Source: Candidatus Melainabacteria bacterium 17Bon1m
GTDB lineage: Bacteria; Cyanobacteriota; Vampirovibrionia; Obscuribacterales; Obscuribacteraceae
Length of the DNA: 64,000 bases
NCBI GenBank assembly: GCA_032128875.1
Contig: JAVLKG010000013.1
Coordinates: 1-64,000, forward strand
Reading direction: 5' to 3'
A model generated the notes under the pieces. That model worked only from the letters and a program-made list of their open reading frames with translations, made no database searches and was not told the DNA's origin. The translations under genes and the position numbers were made by a program. Position 1 is the first letter of the stretch. Each line of letters begins with the position of its first letter. Shown here piece after piece: positions 48,321 through 58,141 of the stretch.

Positions 48321-48914
48321 ATGAACAACACCGAGAACGAAAACACTCAGCACCAGACTGCTGATGCTGATGTGCGCCCGCCGCCGCGCCGCCGCAAAAC
48401 CTTCAGCGAAGTCGCTGACGACCTGCTCTTCGCCACTCGATGGGTGCTCTATCCGATTAATTTCGGGTTGGTTTTGGCGCTCACCGTATACCTGCTGAAG
48501 TTCCTCTTCCAGGTTGGCGAGCTGCTCTACAACGCCAAAGAACACATCTTTGGTCACGGCGCCGGTCATTCGCAGTTGATGATCGAGATGGTCAGCTTGC
48601 TTGACCAAGCTATGATCGCATCGCTGATGATCCTCACGATCATGGGCGGTCATCAGATCTATGTGAGTCGCTTCAAGTCAAGGCGCGCCGATCAGACACC
48701 GCAGTGGCTTGATCACATCGACACGATCATGCTCAAGGTCAAGCTGGGGCTAGCCTTTGTCGGCGTCTCCAGCGTCGTGTTGCTGCAGGATTGCTTGAGC
48801 GCCACCGCTGTTCCGCATGACGTGTGGATTCAGCATCTGGTCATCCATGCGACATTCCTGGGCACCACGCTGGTGATCGCTCTGGTCTGGCGCATAATGC
48901 ATCCCAAGCAGTAG
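48321..48914 (+). CDS. UPF0114/YqhA-family membrane protein
   Basis: TRWVLYP, LLD..MIASL, GG...YVSR, WL.HID...LKVKL. Confidence 0.85.
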   Translation: MNNTENENTQHQTADADVRPPPRRRKTFSEVADDLLFATRWVLYPINFGLVLALTVYLLKFLFQVGELLYNAKEHIFGHGAGHSQLMIEMVSLLDQAMIASLMILTIMGGHQIYVSRFKSRRADQTPQWLDHIDTIMLKVKLGLAFVGVSSVVLLQDCLSATAVPHDVWIQHLVIHATFLGTTLVIALVWRIMHPKQ

Positions 48915-48977
48915 GGTTGTTGCATTGACTGCCAGCTAAGAAAAACAAGACTGGCAGCGTTTCACTGAATGTTTTGG

Positions 48978-49024
48978 AAACCTTGGTCTCCTCCCCGGAA
49001 GGCCAAGGTTTTCTTTTTCTTTTT
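48978..49024 (+). terminator. intrinsic terminator
   Basis: AAACCTTGGTC..GGCCAAGGTTT stem plus long T-tract. Confidence 0.75.
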
Positions 49025-49031
49025 GAAGGAA

Positions 49032-49048
49032 AACGACAAAAGGTAGTA
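49032..49048. other. 3'-end spaced palindrome, copy L
   Basis: AACGA-caaaagg-TAGTA. Confidence 0.7.
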
Positions 49049-49184
49049 GGGCTTTGGTAGTGAGAGTAGTCTTTATGCAAAGTAACTTTCTGTCTGAAAT
49101 TGAGGGCCGGCGCTTTTCATTGCCTGTACAATTTCATCTGCGCATTTCATTGAAATACGCGGCGACTCACCATTTGGGATTCAT

Positions 49185-49808
49185 ATGGCAGAAATCAAAG
49201 CGGTCGTTTTCGATTTTGGATGCGTCCTTGCATACGAGCATCTCGATTCGGATTTAGAGGAGATGGCTGATTGCCTCGGTTTGAACGTGCATGTTTTGAG
49301 GGAGGCCTACTGGCACCACCGGCACGATTACGATTCCGGAATTAGTCTGAGTCCTGCTTATTTCAAGCAAGTCGCCGAGAAGTGCGGCGTAGAAATTACT
49401 CCTGAGCAGATCAAACGCTGCGTAGAAATAGATAACAAAGGTTGGAGTCGACCTATTCATGAGATTGTTGATTGGGCGAATCGTCTGAAGGCTCAAGGAT
49501 TCAAAATTGCGATCCTATCCAACATGCCACAAGACTTTCGTGACTTTCTGCCGGAAATTGCATGGTTGCCTGAGTTTCATCATGCGACTTATTCGTGTGA
49601 ATTGAAAACCGTCAAGCCTTATCACGATATCTATCACCATTGCCTCGAGGGACTTGGTGTATCACCTGAGAATGTTCTATTTATCGATGACCGTCTGCCC
49701 AACATCGAAGCAGCTAAGGAACTCGGTTGGCAGGGATTTGTCTTTACGAACGCAAAAGAGTTGCACGAGTTTCTCAAAAACTCTAACCTGCCGCCGGTCT
49801 TAGTGTAG
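49185..49808 (+). CDS. HAD-superfamily phosphatase
   Basis: FDFGCVL, LSN, KP, FIDD. Confidence 0.9.
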   Translation: MAEIKAVVFDFGCVLAYEHLDSDLEEMADCLGLNVHVLREAYWHHRHDYDSGISLSPAYFKQVAEKCGVEITPEQIKRCVEIDNKGWSRPIHEIVDWANRLKAQGFKIAILSNMPQDFRDFLPEIAWLPEFHHATYSCELKTVKPYHDIYHHCLEGLGVSPENVLFIDDRLPNIEAAKELGWQGFVFTNAKELHEFLKNSNLPPVLV

Positions 49809-49811
49809 CCT

Positions 49812-50525
49812 CTAATACCGTACTAAACGTTCAGACATTTTGGCGCGTTCTCTCCAGAATGAATCATCGAATTCGCTGGAGAATTTATTCATTAGCACCT
49901 TCATGCGCTCCATTTTTCGCCGTAGCACAGCATCTGTCTTCGCGAGCTTTTCAATGCCTTTGTAATCAACAATCATGTGCGAAAAAGTATCCGCTTTGTC
50001 TTCATGCACGGCTGTCATTGCATACGTGGAGACGAAACCTTTAGAGGAGGCTTTAAATAGTTGATTGGGCAGATGATCGTCTTTATAGATGAAGTTGGGA
50101 TGGTTGAGTTTCTTCCAGTGATTGTCGTACATGCCGTTGATGTCGTCGGAGTCATCGATTAAATGATAAAGCTCGTGGTGAATCACCGAACGTGCATACG
50201 AATCTAGTGGCGCATCAACATTGATGAGGATGTTGTTTCCCAGAAGCACTGAAAAAATCCACTTTGGTTCGGCAAGACCGGCTCTCTTTTTTCCGCTCGA
50301 AACTAAATTCTTGCAAAGAATGATTTTCCTCAAGTTGCTCTTTTTGAGTACCTTCTTTGAATACAGAGATAGTTCTTTGGAAAGAAACGATTCAATATAG
50401 GCGCTCGTCTTTTCTTCGTCCGCTTCGAGGTACGCGACATCGATTTCTAGACTATCTTTGGCGGCGACTACGGACACGCCAAACTTTTTTTTGAACTCTT
50501 CAATAATTTGTTTTTGAGTGCTCAT
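49812..50525 (-). CDS. putative zinc metallopeptidase
   Basis: IHHELYH; GFVSTYA....EDKA; AT-richer than its neighbours by eye. Confidence 0.78.
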   Translation of the reverse strand: MSTQKQIIEEFKKKFGVSVVAAKDSLEIDVAYLEADEEKTSAYIESFLSKELSLYSKKVLKKSNLRKIILCKNLVSSGKKRAGLAEPKWIFSVLLGNNILINVDAPLDSYARSVIHHELYHLIDDSDDINGMYDNHWKKLNHPNFIYKDDHLPNQLFKASSKGFVSTYAMTAVHEDKADTFSHMIVDYKGIEKLAKTDAVLRRKMERMKVLMNKFSSEFDDSFWRERAKMSERLVRY

Positions 50526-50783
50526 GTATCCAGTATGTTCAAGCGGTTCGTTAACGCATTAATTGCCCTGATTTCTTTAAACATTTCCGGGTCTGGCACT
50601 CCGGCCACACTCGGTTTCCCGTCTCGATTTACTTAATGCCCGCAAGCGCCAATCGCCGCCGGCCTTTCGTGGTTTTCTCCGGAAAAGTTTTGCACTGTGA
50701 TGTGATTGTGATGTTGCCACCCGATACTTCAGCCATCCCCCACCGCTACCGCTACGAGCGAGTCGGTTTCTGAGGTTCTAAAT

Positions 50784-51755
50784 ATGGTTTCTCATGTTTC
50801 TGATTCTTCCTTTCACCCAGACCCGCGTGAGACAGGCAAAGACAGTCTCGCTGACCAGGTTCTTGCGAAGCTTCAAGATGAATCCCTAACTTCAGCATTC
50901 AATTTTATGAAGTCCTCCGTGCAAAATGTGTATGCCGGCCGAGATGAAGACCACGACGGTGTGCTCGATTTACGCGACAGACGCGATGATGTCCCGATGA
51001 ACGATAAGGAAAAGCAGGAGTTCTGGACGTCGCTGTCAAAGGAATTGGAAGAGAAAAGACCGGGAGTTCTGAAAAATCTTTCCGCTGTTTGGCTCAAAGA
51101 TTTTAAAACCACTGAATTGAAAACGATGCCGTTCGAAGCTGACTACGTTCAGCAAATCGCAAACAACGGCAAGGCAATGAACAAGACATTTGCCGGTGAA
51201 GCGCTAAAAGATCTGCCCAACATCAAAGCTCTCAACCGCAACGATGACATTATTGACGACATCGAATTAGACAAAAACATTCAAAGACAAAAGCAAATTC
51301 CACGCGAGCAGTTTGTGACCGACATCATCAATAAAGCGCTTACAGACAGCCAAACGAGCCCGCTTAAGGCGGTAGATGCGATTTATGCATCGCTCAAACA
51401 AAGAGGGCAAACTGAAACTCAGGCTGAAAGAGTAGCTTCATTTGCCGCAGTCGCTGACGCATTGAAAGAACATCCGGACCTGGCTGCGAAGCTCTCGATG
51501 GGTTACATGCAGCGCAACTTCAAGGATGTAGACACTAACTACGGCGAGCACAAAGAGGACTACAGAATCTCCAAGGAAGAGCTTAACGACTTCACTCCAG
51601 ACAGCATTGGAAAGGTTTTTATCAACTACGTGAAAGCTAACTTCGACTCAATTGCCAGCACATCGACCTACGACAAATATCTGAATTCACAGAATTTGAC
51701 TGCTGACGAATTGAACAATCACATCAACCGCTTAAAGCGTAAAGGCGGGAATTAA
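50784..51755 (+). CDS. hypothetical acidic protein with EF-hand-like loops
   Basis: DEDHDGVLD, NDDIIDDIEL, ISKEEL, LTADEL. Confidence 0.75.
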   Translation: MVSHVSDSSFHPDPRETGKDSLADQVLAKLQDESLTSAFNFMKSSVQNVYAGRDEDHDGVLDLRDRRDDVPMNDKEKQEFWTSLSKELEEKRPGVLKNLSAVWLKDFKTTELKTMPFEADYVQQIANNGKAMNKTFAGEALKDLPNIKALNRNDDIIDDIELDKNIQRQKQIPREQFVTDIINKALTDSQTSPLKAVDAIYASLKQRGQTETQAERVASFAAVADALKEHPDLAAKLSMGYMQRNFKDVDTNYGEHKEDYRISKEELNDFTPDSIGKVFINYVKANFDSIASTSTYDKYLNSQNLTADELNNHINRLKRKGGN

Positions 51756-51816
51756 AAGGTTTTTGGGAGGATGAGGTTGAAGCGCGGTAAAACGCGCTTT
51801 GATCTTCCCAAGGCGC

Positions 51817-51833
51817 TACTATAGCATGTGGCA
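51817..51833. other. 3'-end spaced palindrome, copy M (convergent gap)
   Basis: minus strand TGCCA-catgcta-TAGTA between two terminator hairpins. Confidence 0.5.
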
Positions 51834-51927
51834 GTAAGCGTTAAAGCAGAAAGGCACGATGAAAGAAGAGCGTTGAAGCCCCTTTTCACCGTGCCCCCTG
51901 TTAGACCTTATTGCGGTCTATGTCCGA

Positions 51928-52770
51928 TTAGCCGAGACGACGCTTGGTCTCTTTCTCGGCAAGTTCGGACAGCTGCTTTATCTCGTTGAAGATGATGTCC
52001 GTCGCAGCGTCCAAGTCGTCCGGAAGGTCTGCAAGCGGAATCGGCTTCCCGAAGGCTACTGTGGCACCGAATGTGGTTTCGTTGAACCAGTCCGAGAACC
52101 AACGAATGCCGAACATTCGCGCTATCCTGAAGAGGATCGTGGCATGCTTCGAATCACGATCGTAGTAGATGCCGACAGGCAGCACCGCGAAGGGCAGTTC
52201 GCTCTTCTTGGCGGCATGCTTGCCGATCATCAACGCTCCGGCGAAGAAGTCTTCGCGGCGCAGCGTGTTGTCGCGGATCAGGCGACCTTGGGGAAACACA
52301 ACGAGAGAGCTGTCTTTCTCCGCGCTCATTGCCCGCATCGCTGTGCGAACGGCGGCGGAGGGGTTGCGGTCGTGATGCACGGCGATACCGCCCAGCCAAG
52401 CTGCAAACGGTGCTCGCAGCGCGGTTATCTGGTTGATCGCCATCAAGAAGCGAAAGTGCATCGTGCCGAAGACAGCTGTGACGAGAACCGCGTCCTTTTC
52501 AATCTGGTGGTTGGGCAGCATGAGGAGCCGCCCTTTGAACTTCAGGTTCTCTTTGCCGATGATAATCAGCCGACCCACGCGCAGCCACAGTGCGAAGCGT
52601 CCGATGATGAGTCGCGTTGCACGCGCCCACCACGAGACTTTCGGTGTCATGTAGCCCGGTTGCAGGAGCTTCTTACCTTCGTTGATCCAGTAGCGCACTC
52701 GCACGGCGGCGAGTATGCCGGCGAGCAAAACGGCGCCCGCAATCGCGAAGAGCAGGTGAGTTGTTGTCAT
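51928..52770 (-). CDS. PlsC-like lysophospholipid acyltransferase
   Basis: NHQIEKD (HX4D), FPQG, VLPVGIYY, FGKPI; N-terminal TM. Confidence 0.88.
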   Translation of the reverse strand: MTTTHLLFAIAGAVLLAGILAAVRVRYWINEGKKLLQPGYMTPKVSWWARATRLIIGRFALWLRVGRLIIIGKENLKFKGRLLMLPNHQIEKDAVLVTAVFGTMHFRFLMAINQITALRAPFAAWLGGIAVHHDRNPSAAVRTAMRAMSAEKDSSLVVFPQGRLIRDNTLRREDFFAGALMIGKHAAKKSELPFAVLPVGIYYDRDSKHATILFRIARMFGIRWFSDWFNETTFGATVAFGKPIPLADLPDDLDAATDIIFNEIKQLSELAEKETKRRLG

Positions 52771-52837
52771 TTTTTTCTCGTTTTTGAGCCACGGCAAAGG
52801 AGGGGGCGAAAGTGCCCCCTCCGGAATGCGCCTGTGG

Positions 52838-54535
52838 TTAGGCGCCCGCGTTCAGCTCCTTGGCGAGTTTTCTGACTCCCTTGAGGTCGAGCTTGCCGGT
52901 CGGTCCGACCGGGAAGGCATCTACCTTGTAGAAGTCACCGGCTTTCGGAATCCACAGCTTGGGCACGCCTTCGTCGGCGCCCAGCTTGCCGACTGCCTCT
53001 TGCGGAGTGCAGGGCATGACCGTGTAGAGCACGATGAGGCGCTCGCCACGAGTGGGGTCCGGGACGCTGGTCACGACCAGTTCCATCTCCGTGACGCCCG
53101 TGAGCGTGCGGAGCTTCGCCGCCACCTTCTTGTTGGGCACCATCTCGCCGCCGATCTTGGAGAATTCGTCCAAGCGGTCGACGATGAAGAGGAAGCCGTC
53201 GGCATCGACGTAGCCGATGTCGCCGGTGCAGTAGATGTCGCCGTCGAGGACCTCGTCGGTCTCCTTCGGGCGGTTGAGGTAGCCCTTCATCACCTGCGGA
53301 CCGGCGACAAAAATCAGACCTTCCTGGCCGGAGCCGAAAGGCACGACTTCGCCCGTGTTGATGTCGACGATGGCGATGGCGGTGCCGGCAACGGGCTGCC
53401 CGACTGAGCCGAGCTTGTTACCGTGAACGCGACGTCCGTCGGGCGTCGTCACTTCAGACGGCGAGTTGGCAGCGACGACCGGAGCCAGCTCGGTGCAGCC
53501 GAAGCCTTCCACGGCTTCCAGACCGAGCTTTTCCTTGATGTCGCGGGCGAGCTCAGGCTGCAGCTTTTCCGAGCCCAGCAAGAGCCACCGAACGCTGGCA
53601 AACTGCTCTTTCGTGCAGCGCGCGAGATACGAGCGCATCAGGGTCGGAGTGCACGCCATCAAGGTCGGCTTCTCGGATTCGAGCAGCTTGGCGACGGCAC
53701 GCGGGTCGAGCGGACTGATGTGATACGCAGCCGAGCGGCCGAGCGTCGCCATCGTCCAGAGCGTCACGGTGAAGCCGAACGAGTGGAAGAAGGGCAGGAT
53801 GCCCACCACCGCGTCGTTCTCTTCGATGCTGGCATGATTGTTGATCTGGTGGATGTTGGACAGAACGTTACCGTTCGTCAGCATCACACCCTTGGGGTCG
53901 CCGGTGGAGCCGGAGGTGAACATCACGGTGGTGATGTCGTCCGGAGTGGTGCGCATGCCGGGCAGGAATGCACCGAGCAGTGCGGTCGGAACGACCTTGG
54001 CGACGAACCAGCCCCAGGCTTTGTCGGCCTTGGTGATGGCGGTCAGCAGGTCTTCCAGGTAGATCACTTCAGCGTTGAGCTTGAGCTCTTGCTTCTCGAC
54101 CACCTTGCGAGACGTGATGATGACCCCGATGTCGCATTGCTTTGCGGCAGCATTGATCACTTCCGACGTCGCGGTGTAGTTCAGGTTGACCGACCACTTG
54201 CCGAGCAGTGTGGTCGCGAAGTTGGCGATCGTCGCCGGCACCGAGGGCGGTACCAGAATGCCGATGGCTTTCTGTCCCTTCACCTTGCGGCTCAGGAAGC
54301 GTGCCATCACGCACGAGCGAAGGAGCGCATCGGCGAACGTGATGCGTCCTTTCGTCGTGTCCGTGGCGAACAGTTTTTCGGGCGAGCGGCGTGCCTGCTT
54401 GACGAAGGCGGAAGCCAGAGACGTCCAACCCGCCGGAAGGGGCGAGAGCTGTTTCAGCGTGACCATCTGATTGCGTGCCGGGAAGGGGACGCCATACTTG
54501 GTCAGTTTGGGTGAGTTGCTCACGTGTATCTCCAT
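52838..54535 (-). CDS. Aas-like acyl-ACP synthetase (AMP-binding domain only)
   Basis: FTSGSTGDPKGV, LPFFHSFG, EGFGCTE, TGD, KIGGEMV, TGK. Confidence 0.9.
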   Translation of the reverse strand: MEIHVSNSPKLTKYGVPFPARNQMVTLKQLSPLPAGWTSLASAFVKQARRSPEKLFATDTTKGRITFADALLRSCVMARFLSRKVKGQKAIGILVPPSVPATIANFATTLLGKWSVNLNYTATSEVINAAAKQCDIGVIITSRKVVEKQELKLNAEVIYLEDLLTAITKADKAWGWFVAKVVPTALLGAFLPGMRTTPDDITTVMFTSGSTGDPKGVMLTNGNVLSNIHQINNHASIEENDAVVGILPFFHSFGFTVTLWTMATLGRSAAYHISPLDPRAVAKLLESEKPTLMACTPTLMRSYLARCTKEQFASVRWLLLGSEKLQPELARDIKEKLGLEAVEGFGCTELAPVVAANSPSEVTTPDGRRVHGNKLGSVGQPVAGTAIAIVDINTGEVVPFGSGQEGLIFVAGPQVMKGYLNRPKETDEVLDGDIYCTGDIGYVDADGFLFIVDRLDEFSKIGGEMVPNKKVAAKLRTLTGVTEMELVVTSVPDPTRGERLIVLYTVMPCTPQEAVGKLGADEGVPKLWIPKAGDFYKVDAFPVGPTGKLDLKGVRKLAKELNAGA

Positions 54536-55589
54536 TTCATGGGTAATGCTCGCCTCACGCTGGAACGCTGTGCGTTCTCACATGTGTGAGCGTGAGAGGG
54601 AGCGGCGTTCTTTGAGAAACGCGGAAATGTCGAATGCCCGGCCACATCGCAAAGCGTCCTTCGCGAAGTGAAACCAGACCAAAACACACTCGCCAAGCCG
54701 CTATCGCAAACGCGACTTGCAAGCTCATCGTCCTGAAATCAACCTCATCTCAAAAAACGCGTTCTCCAACAACGGATATAAATCCGGTGCGTTTGAGCGT
54801 TTGAATTCGACTGTGGTTTACTCGGGAACGATTTCTTGGAGTGTGTGGAAAAGAAAGACGTTTACTGTCTACCAGCGTGCGCTCTATGTCTCCAACATAA
54901 TGGTTAAGCTACTAAAAGATTCGGAAAGCCTTATTTGTTGAGCTTTTAGGCTGCTATCTCCAAAACAAATAAAAATGGTGTCTAACTCATAATTGTCAAG
55001 ATGTGCAAGAACTAAGGCTGCAGCCACCTTTTCAGTGGCGCGTCTCGCGCGAATTTTTAGCTGCACTTAAGGTGAAAACGCGTTTGAGCCGTTGGTTTAG
55101 CGATGGTTGGTTGCGCAAGCGGAAAGTGGTCTGGTGAGTCAGGTCTCAAGTGGCACCATCAATTCAAAATTGGAACTCTTAGCGCCGCGATTTTGAGAAG
55201 AAAATTGCAAAACTGAAGACCCGTAACGTAAATGCGAACCCTTTCGAGCGGTTTCGCGCTACCTGCGCTACTGCGATTATCACGGCTTTTCGAGGGTTTT
55301 CACTGTTGTGAAGAGACAACTAATGATACGCCAAGTGGTTTTGCCCGCAGAGCGATCAACGGTCTTTGTAGGTTTCCCCTATCCCGGTCACTTCCAATTC
55401 CAACTTCCCGTCAGTCCTTTTCCGAACCCACGTCAATTTAAAGCGCATGTTCTCTCAGCTCGAAGGCTGTGTTGAGGGCGCACGTGATCGAAAAATGACT
55501 GGCAGCACCGGGACGATTCTTCCCTTGCAAGCGGTTCATGAGCCGTTTGCACAACGACGAACCAGAATTCGTCACAGGAGAAAACCATA

Positions 55590-56693
55590 GTGAGCAATTC
55601 CAAAGTCATCCCGACCGCCGCCTTCGCTCTCGACCTCCTCAAGCAGGAAGTCGCCGCCAAACCGGGCGAGAACGTTCTTGTTTCGCCGCTCTCCGTTTCG
55701 CTCGCCCTCGGCATGACCGCCAACGGCGCGCGTGGCACGACCCTCAAGGGCATGACCAGCGTTCTCGGCATCGAGAGCGATCTGGGCGCCAACAACAAGG
55801 GCTACGCTGCCCTTCTGGAGCTGCTGAAGCGTTCCGGCATCGGTGTGACGCTCGACATCGCCAACGGCATTTTCGCCAAGCTCGGGGTCACATTCAAGCC
55901 CCAGTTCAAGCAGGCGAACAAGCGCTACTTCAACGCCAAGCTCGAGGACCTGGATTTCGATGATCCGGACACCCTCGACATCATCAACGGCTTCGTCTAC
56001 GAGGGCACCAACAAGAAGATCGACAAGATGCTCAAGTCGATCAGCCCGGACGCCGTGATGTTCCTCGTCAACTGCGTCTACTTCAAGGGCGAGTGGACCT
56101 CGAAGTTCGACAAGAAGCTGACCAAAGATCTCCCCTTCGCCGGCGTCGGTGACATCGCCACGATGTACCGCAACGATTCGATGGTTTACAGCAGTGACTG
56201 GCAGACATATCAGACCGTCGTGCTGCCGTTTGGCGAGTCCAAGGCTGTCCGTGAGGTCATCATCCTGCCTTACGAGGGCAAGAGCATCGACGACGTGCTT
56301 GCCGCGCTCGATGCCGATAAAATCCTGGGCTTCACCAAGCACGATCACGGCAGCGACGGCGAGCTCTGGCTGCCGCGCATCGACATCGGCTACGAGAATT
56401 CGCTCAAGGACTCACTCATCAATCTCGGCATGGAAGACGCCTTCGGCGGCGCCGATTTCACCGGCATGTCCGAAGACCTCGACCTCAAGATCGGCGACGT
56501 GAAGCACCGCACCGGCTTCAAGCTCGACGAGGAAGGCGCGGAAGGCTTCGCCGCCACTGTCGTCGAAGTGATGACCGAGAGCGTCTCGATGCCCTTCCAG
56601 ATGAAGGTCAATCGTCCGTTCGTGAAGTTCACCATCGACTCCGAAACCGATGCCGTGCTCTTCGCCGGCGTCGTCGTCAACCCGACGAAGTAA
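55590..56693 (+). CDS. serpin family protein
   Basis: NVLVSPLS, NCVYFKGEW, DEEGAEGFAAT hinge, VNRPF, LFAGVVVNP; AGGAG RBS. Confidence 0.93.
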   Translation: MSNSKVIPTAAFALDLLKQEVAAKPGENVLVSPLSVSLALGMTANGARGTTLKGMTSVLGIESDLGANNKGYAALLELLKRSGIGVTLDIANGIFAKLGVTFKPQFKQANKRYFNAKLEDLDFDDPDTLDIINGFVYEGTNKKIDKMLKSISPDAVMFLVNCVYFKGEWTSKFDKKLTKDLPFAGVGDIATMYRNDSMVYSSDWQTYQTVVLPFGESKAVREVIILPYEGKSIDDVLAALDADKILGFTKHDHGSDGELWLPRIDIGYENSLKDSLINLGMEDAFGGADFTGMSEDLDLKIGDVKHRTGFKLDEEGAEGFAATVVEVMTESVSMPFQMKVNRPFVKFTIDSETDAVLFAGVVVNPTK

Positions 56694-56927
56694 TTCCGTC
56701 GCTCTGGAGAGTCGGCTGCCATCTTGGTAGTCGACTCCCCTTGCGGGTTGAAATGCTTGCGGGATGAAATGCCTGCGCGTTGAAACGCTCTTTGGGAGGC
56801 GCAGGAGTCGTGGCGTAACGCCATGGATTCTTGCGCTTTCCAATTTTTTTGCCCATGCCTGCCCACTTCAGGCAGACAATTTGTGAAATATCGGGTGCTC
56901 CCCGTTATTTCCTTTTGTGGAATGGGT

Positions 56928-56944
56928 AACTATATGATATAGCT
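56928..56944. other. 3'-end spaced palindrome, copy N
   Basis: AACTA-tatgata-TAGCT after TTTTG, just before the IS1595 transposase. Confidence 0.55.
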
Positions 56945-56986
56945 AACTCCCCCAAAAGTGAGGCAAAACTATTGCTGTACGTAGAT

Positions 56987-57889
56987 ATGAACCTTTTGGA
57001 GTTTCAGAAAAAGTATTCAGATGAGGAGTCGTGTCTGCAGGCGATTTACGCCGTCCGCTGGCCACGTGGTTTTATCTGTCCGTATTGCGAACACAATGAT
57101 GGGCATCGAGTCCACACGCGCCGCTTGATGCAATGTTGCCTTTGCCGCCGACAGAGTTCAATTACAGCCGGGACAGTTTTTGAACAAAGCCATATTCCGC
57201 TTACTGTATGGTTTTTGATGATCTACTTTGTAGCTCACGACAAAGGCGGCTGCAGTGCAATGAAACTCTCGAAGCAGCTTGGTGTCTGTAGAAACACTGT
57301 TTCTCTCATGCTTATGAAGATTCGATCGGCCATGTCCGCCCGCGACGAGAATCTCACGCTTGCTGGCTCTATCGAGTTTGATGAAGCACTTTTTGGAGGG
57401 CGCAGCAAAAGTAAAAGCGTGGGAAAGCCTCCAAGTACCAACAAGAAATATGTGTTGGTACTTGTTGAGAATGAAGGGATTCAAGCTGGAAGTCTGGTGA
57501 TGAAGGTCGTGGACAGCCCGTTCTACGAGGATTTGAAACCAGTAATCGCAGAGAAGGTCGAGTCAGATCCGCCTGGGCAATGGCTTACCGCCGATGGTTG
57601 GGGTTCTCATCATGTAGCCCTTGAGCTAGGGCACAAACTCAGGATGGGTCACATTCCTAACCACCTTCAGGATCGTTATCTTCGTTGTGTAAATCTTGCG
57701 GTTTCCCATGCTAAAAGGTTCTTTAAAGGCACCTACCATCACTTCTGCAAGAAATTTATTCAGTGCTACTTAGACGAGTTCTGTTATCGGTGGAACCGAA
57801 GGCACCTGGAGAAACAGATTGCAAGTCACCTTATTGTCGCCTGCGTGTTCAAAAATCCATATCGCAAAGCCAACCCCCAAGCCGCTTAA
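56987..57889 (+). mobile_element. IS1595-family transposase
   Basis: RWP.GFICPYC..CCLC Zn ribbon, EFDE, TADG, KGTYH, YLDEFCYRWNRR; element ends not resolved. Confidence 0.92.
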
Positions 57890-58141
57890 TCTGATTCATA
57901 CAATTCCATCACACTTACACGCTGCTCACAAGAGCAGCTCTTTGTGCTGCTTTCCAGCACGCACTATTCAAAGCACCAAGCTGCCAGGTTCGGAAATCGG
58001 AACTGAATTCCCAGTCACCAAGCCACTTTCGTCTGCCCATTTTGGGCACGTATGTTTTTGCCCGGATCACTAAAAGCCGTAGTAAAGGCGATTGATTTTA
58101 GCCTGCTTGGGAGCAATACAAATTTGATGAGCGTACACTCT

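Noticed and set aside
7533-56944. 3' palindromes as integron attC or dif sites
   Set aside because: No RYYYAAC..GTTRRRY boxes or long attC hairpin, units occur in both orientations with their own promoters, no intI, and no 11-6-11 XerC/D arms.
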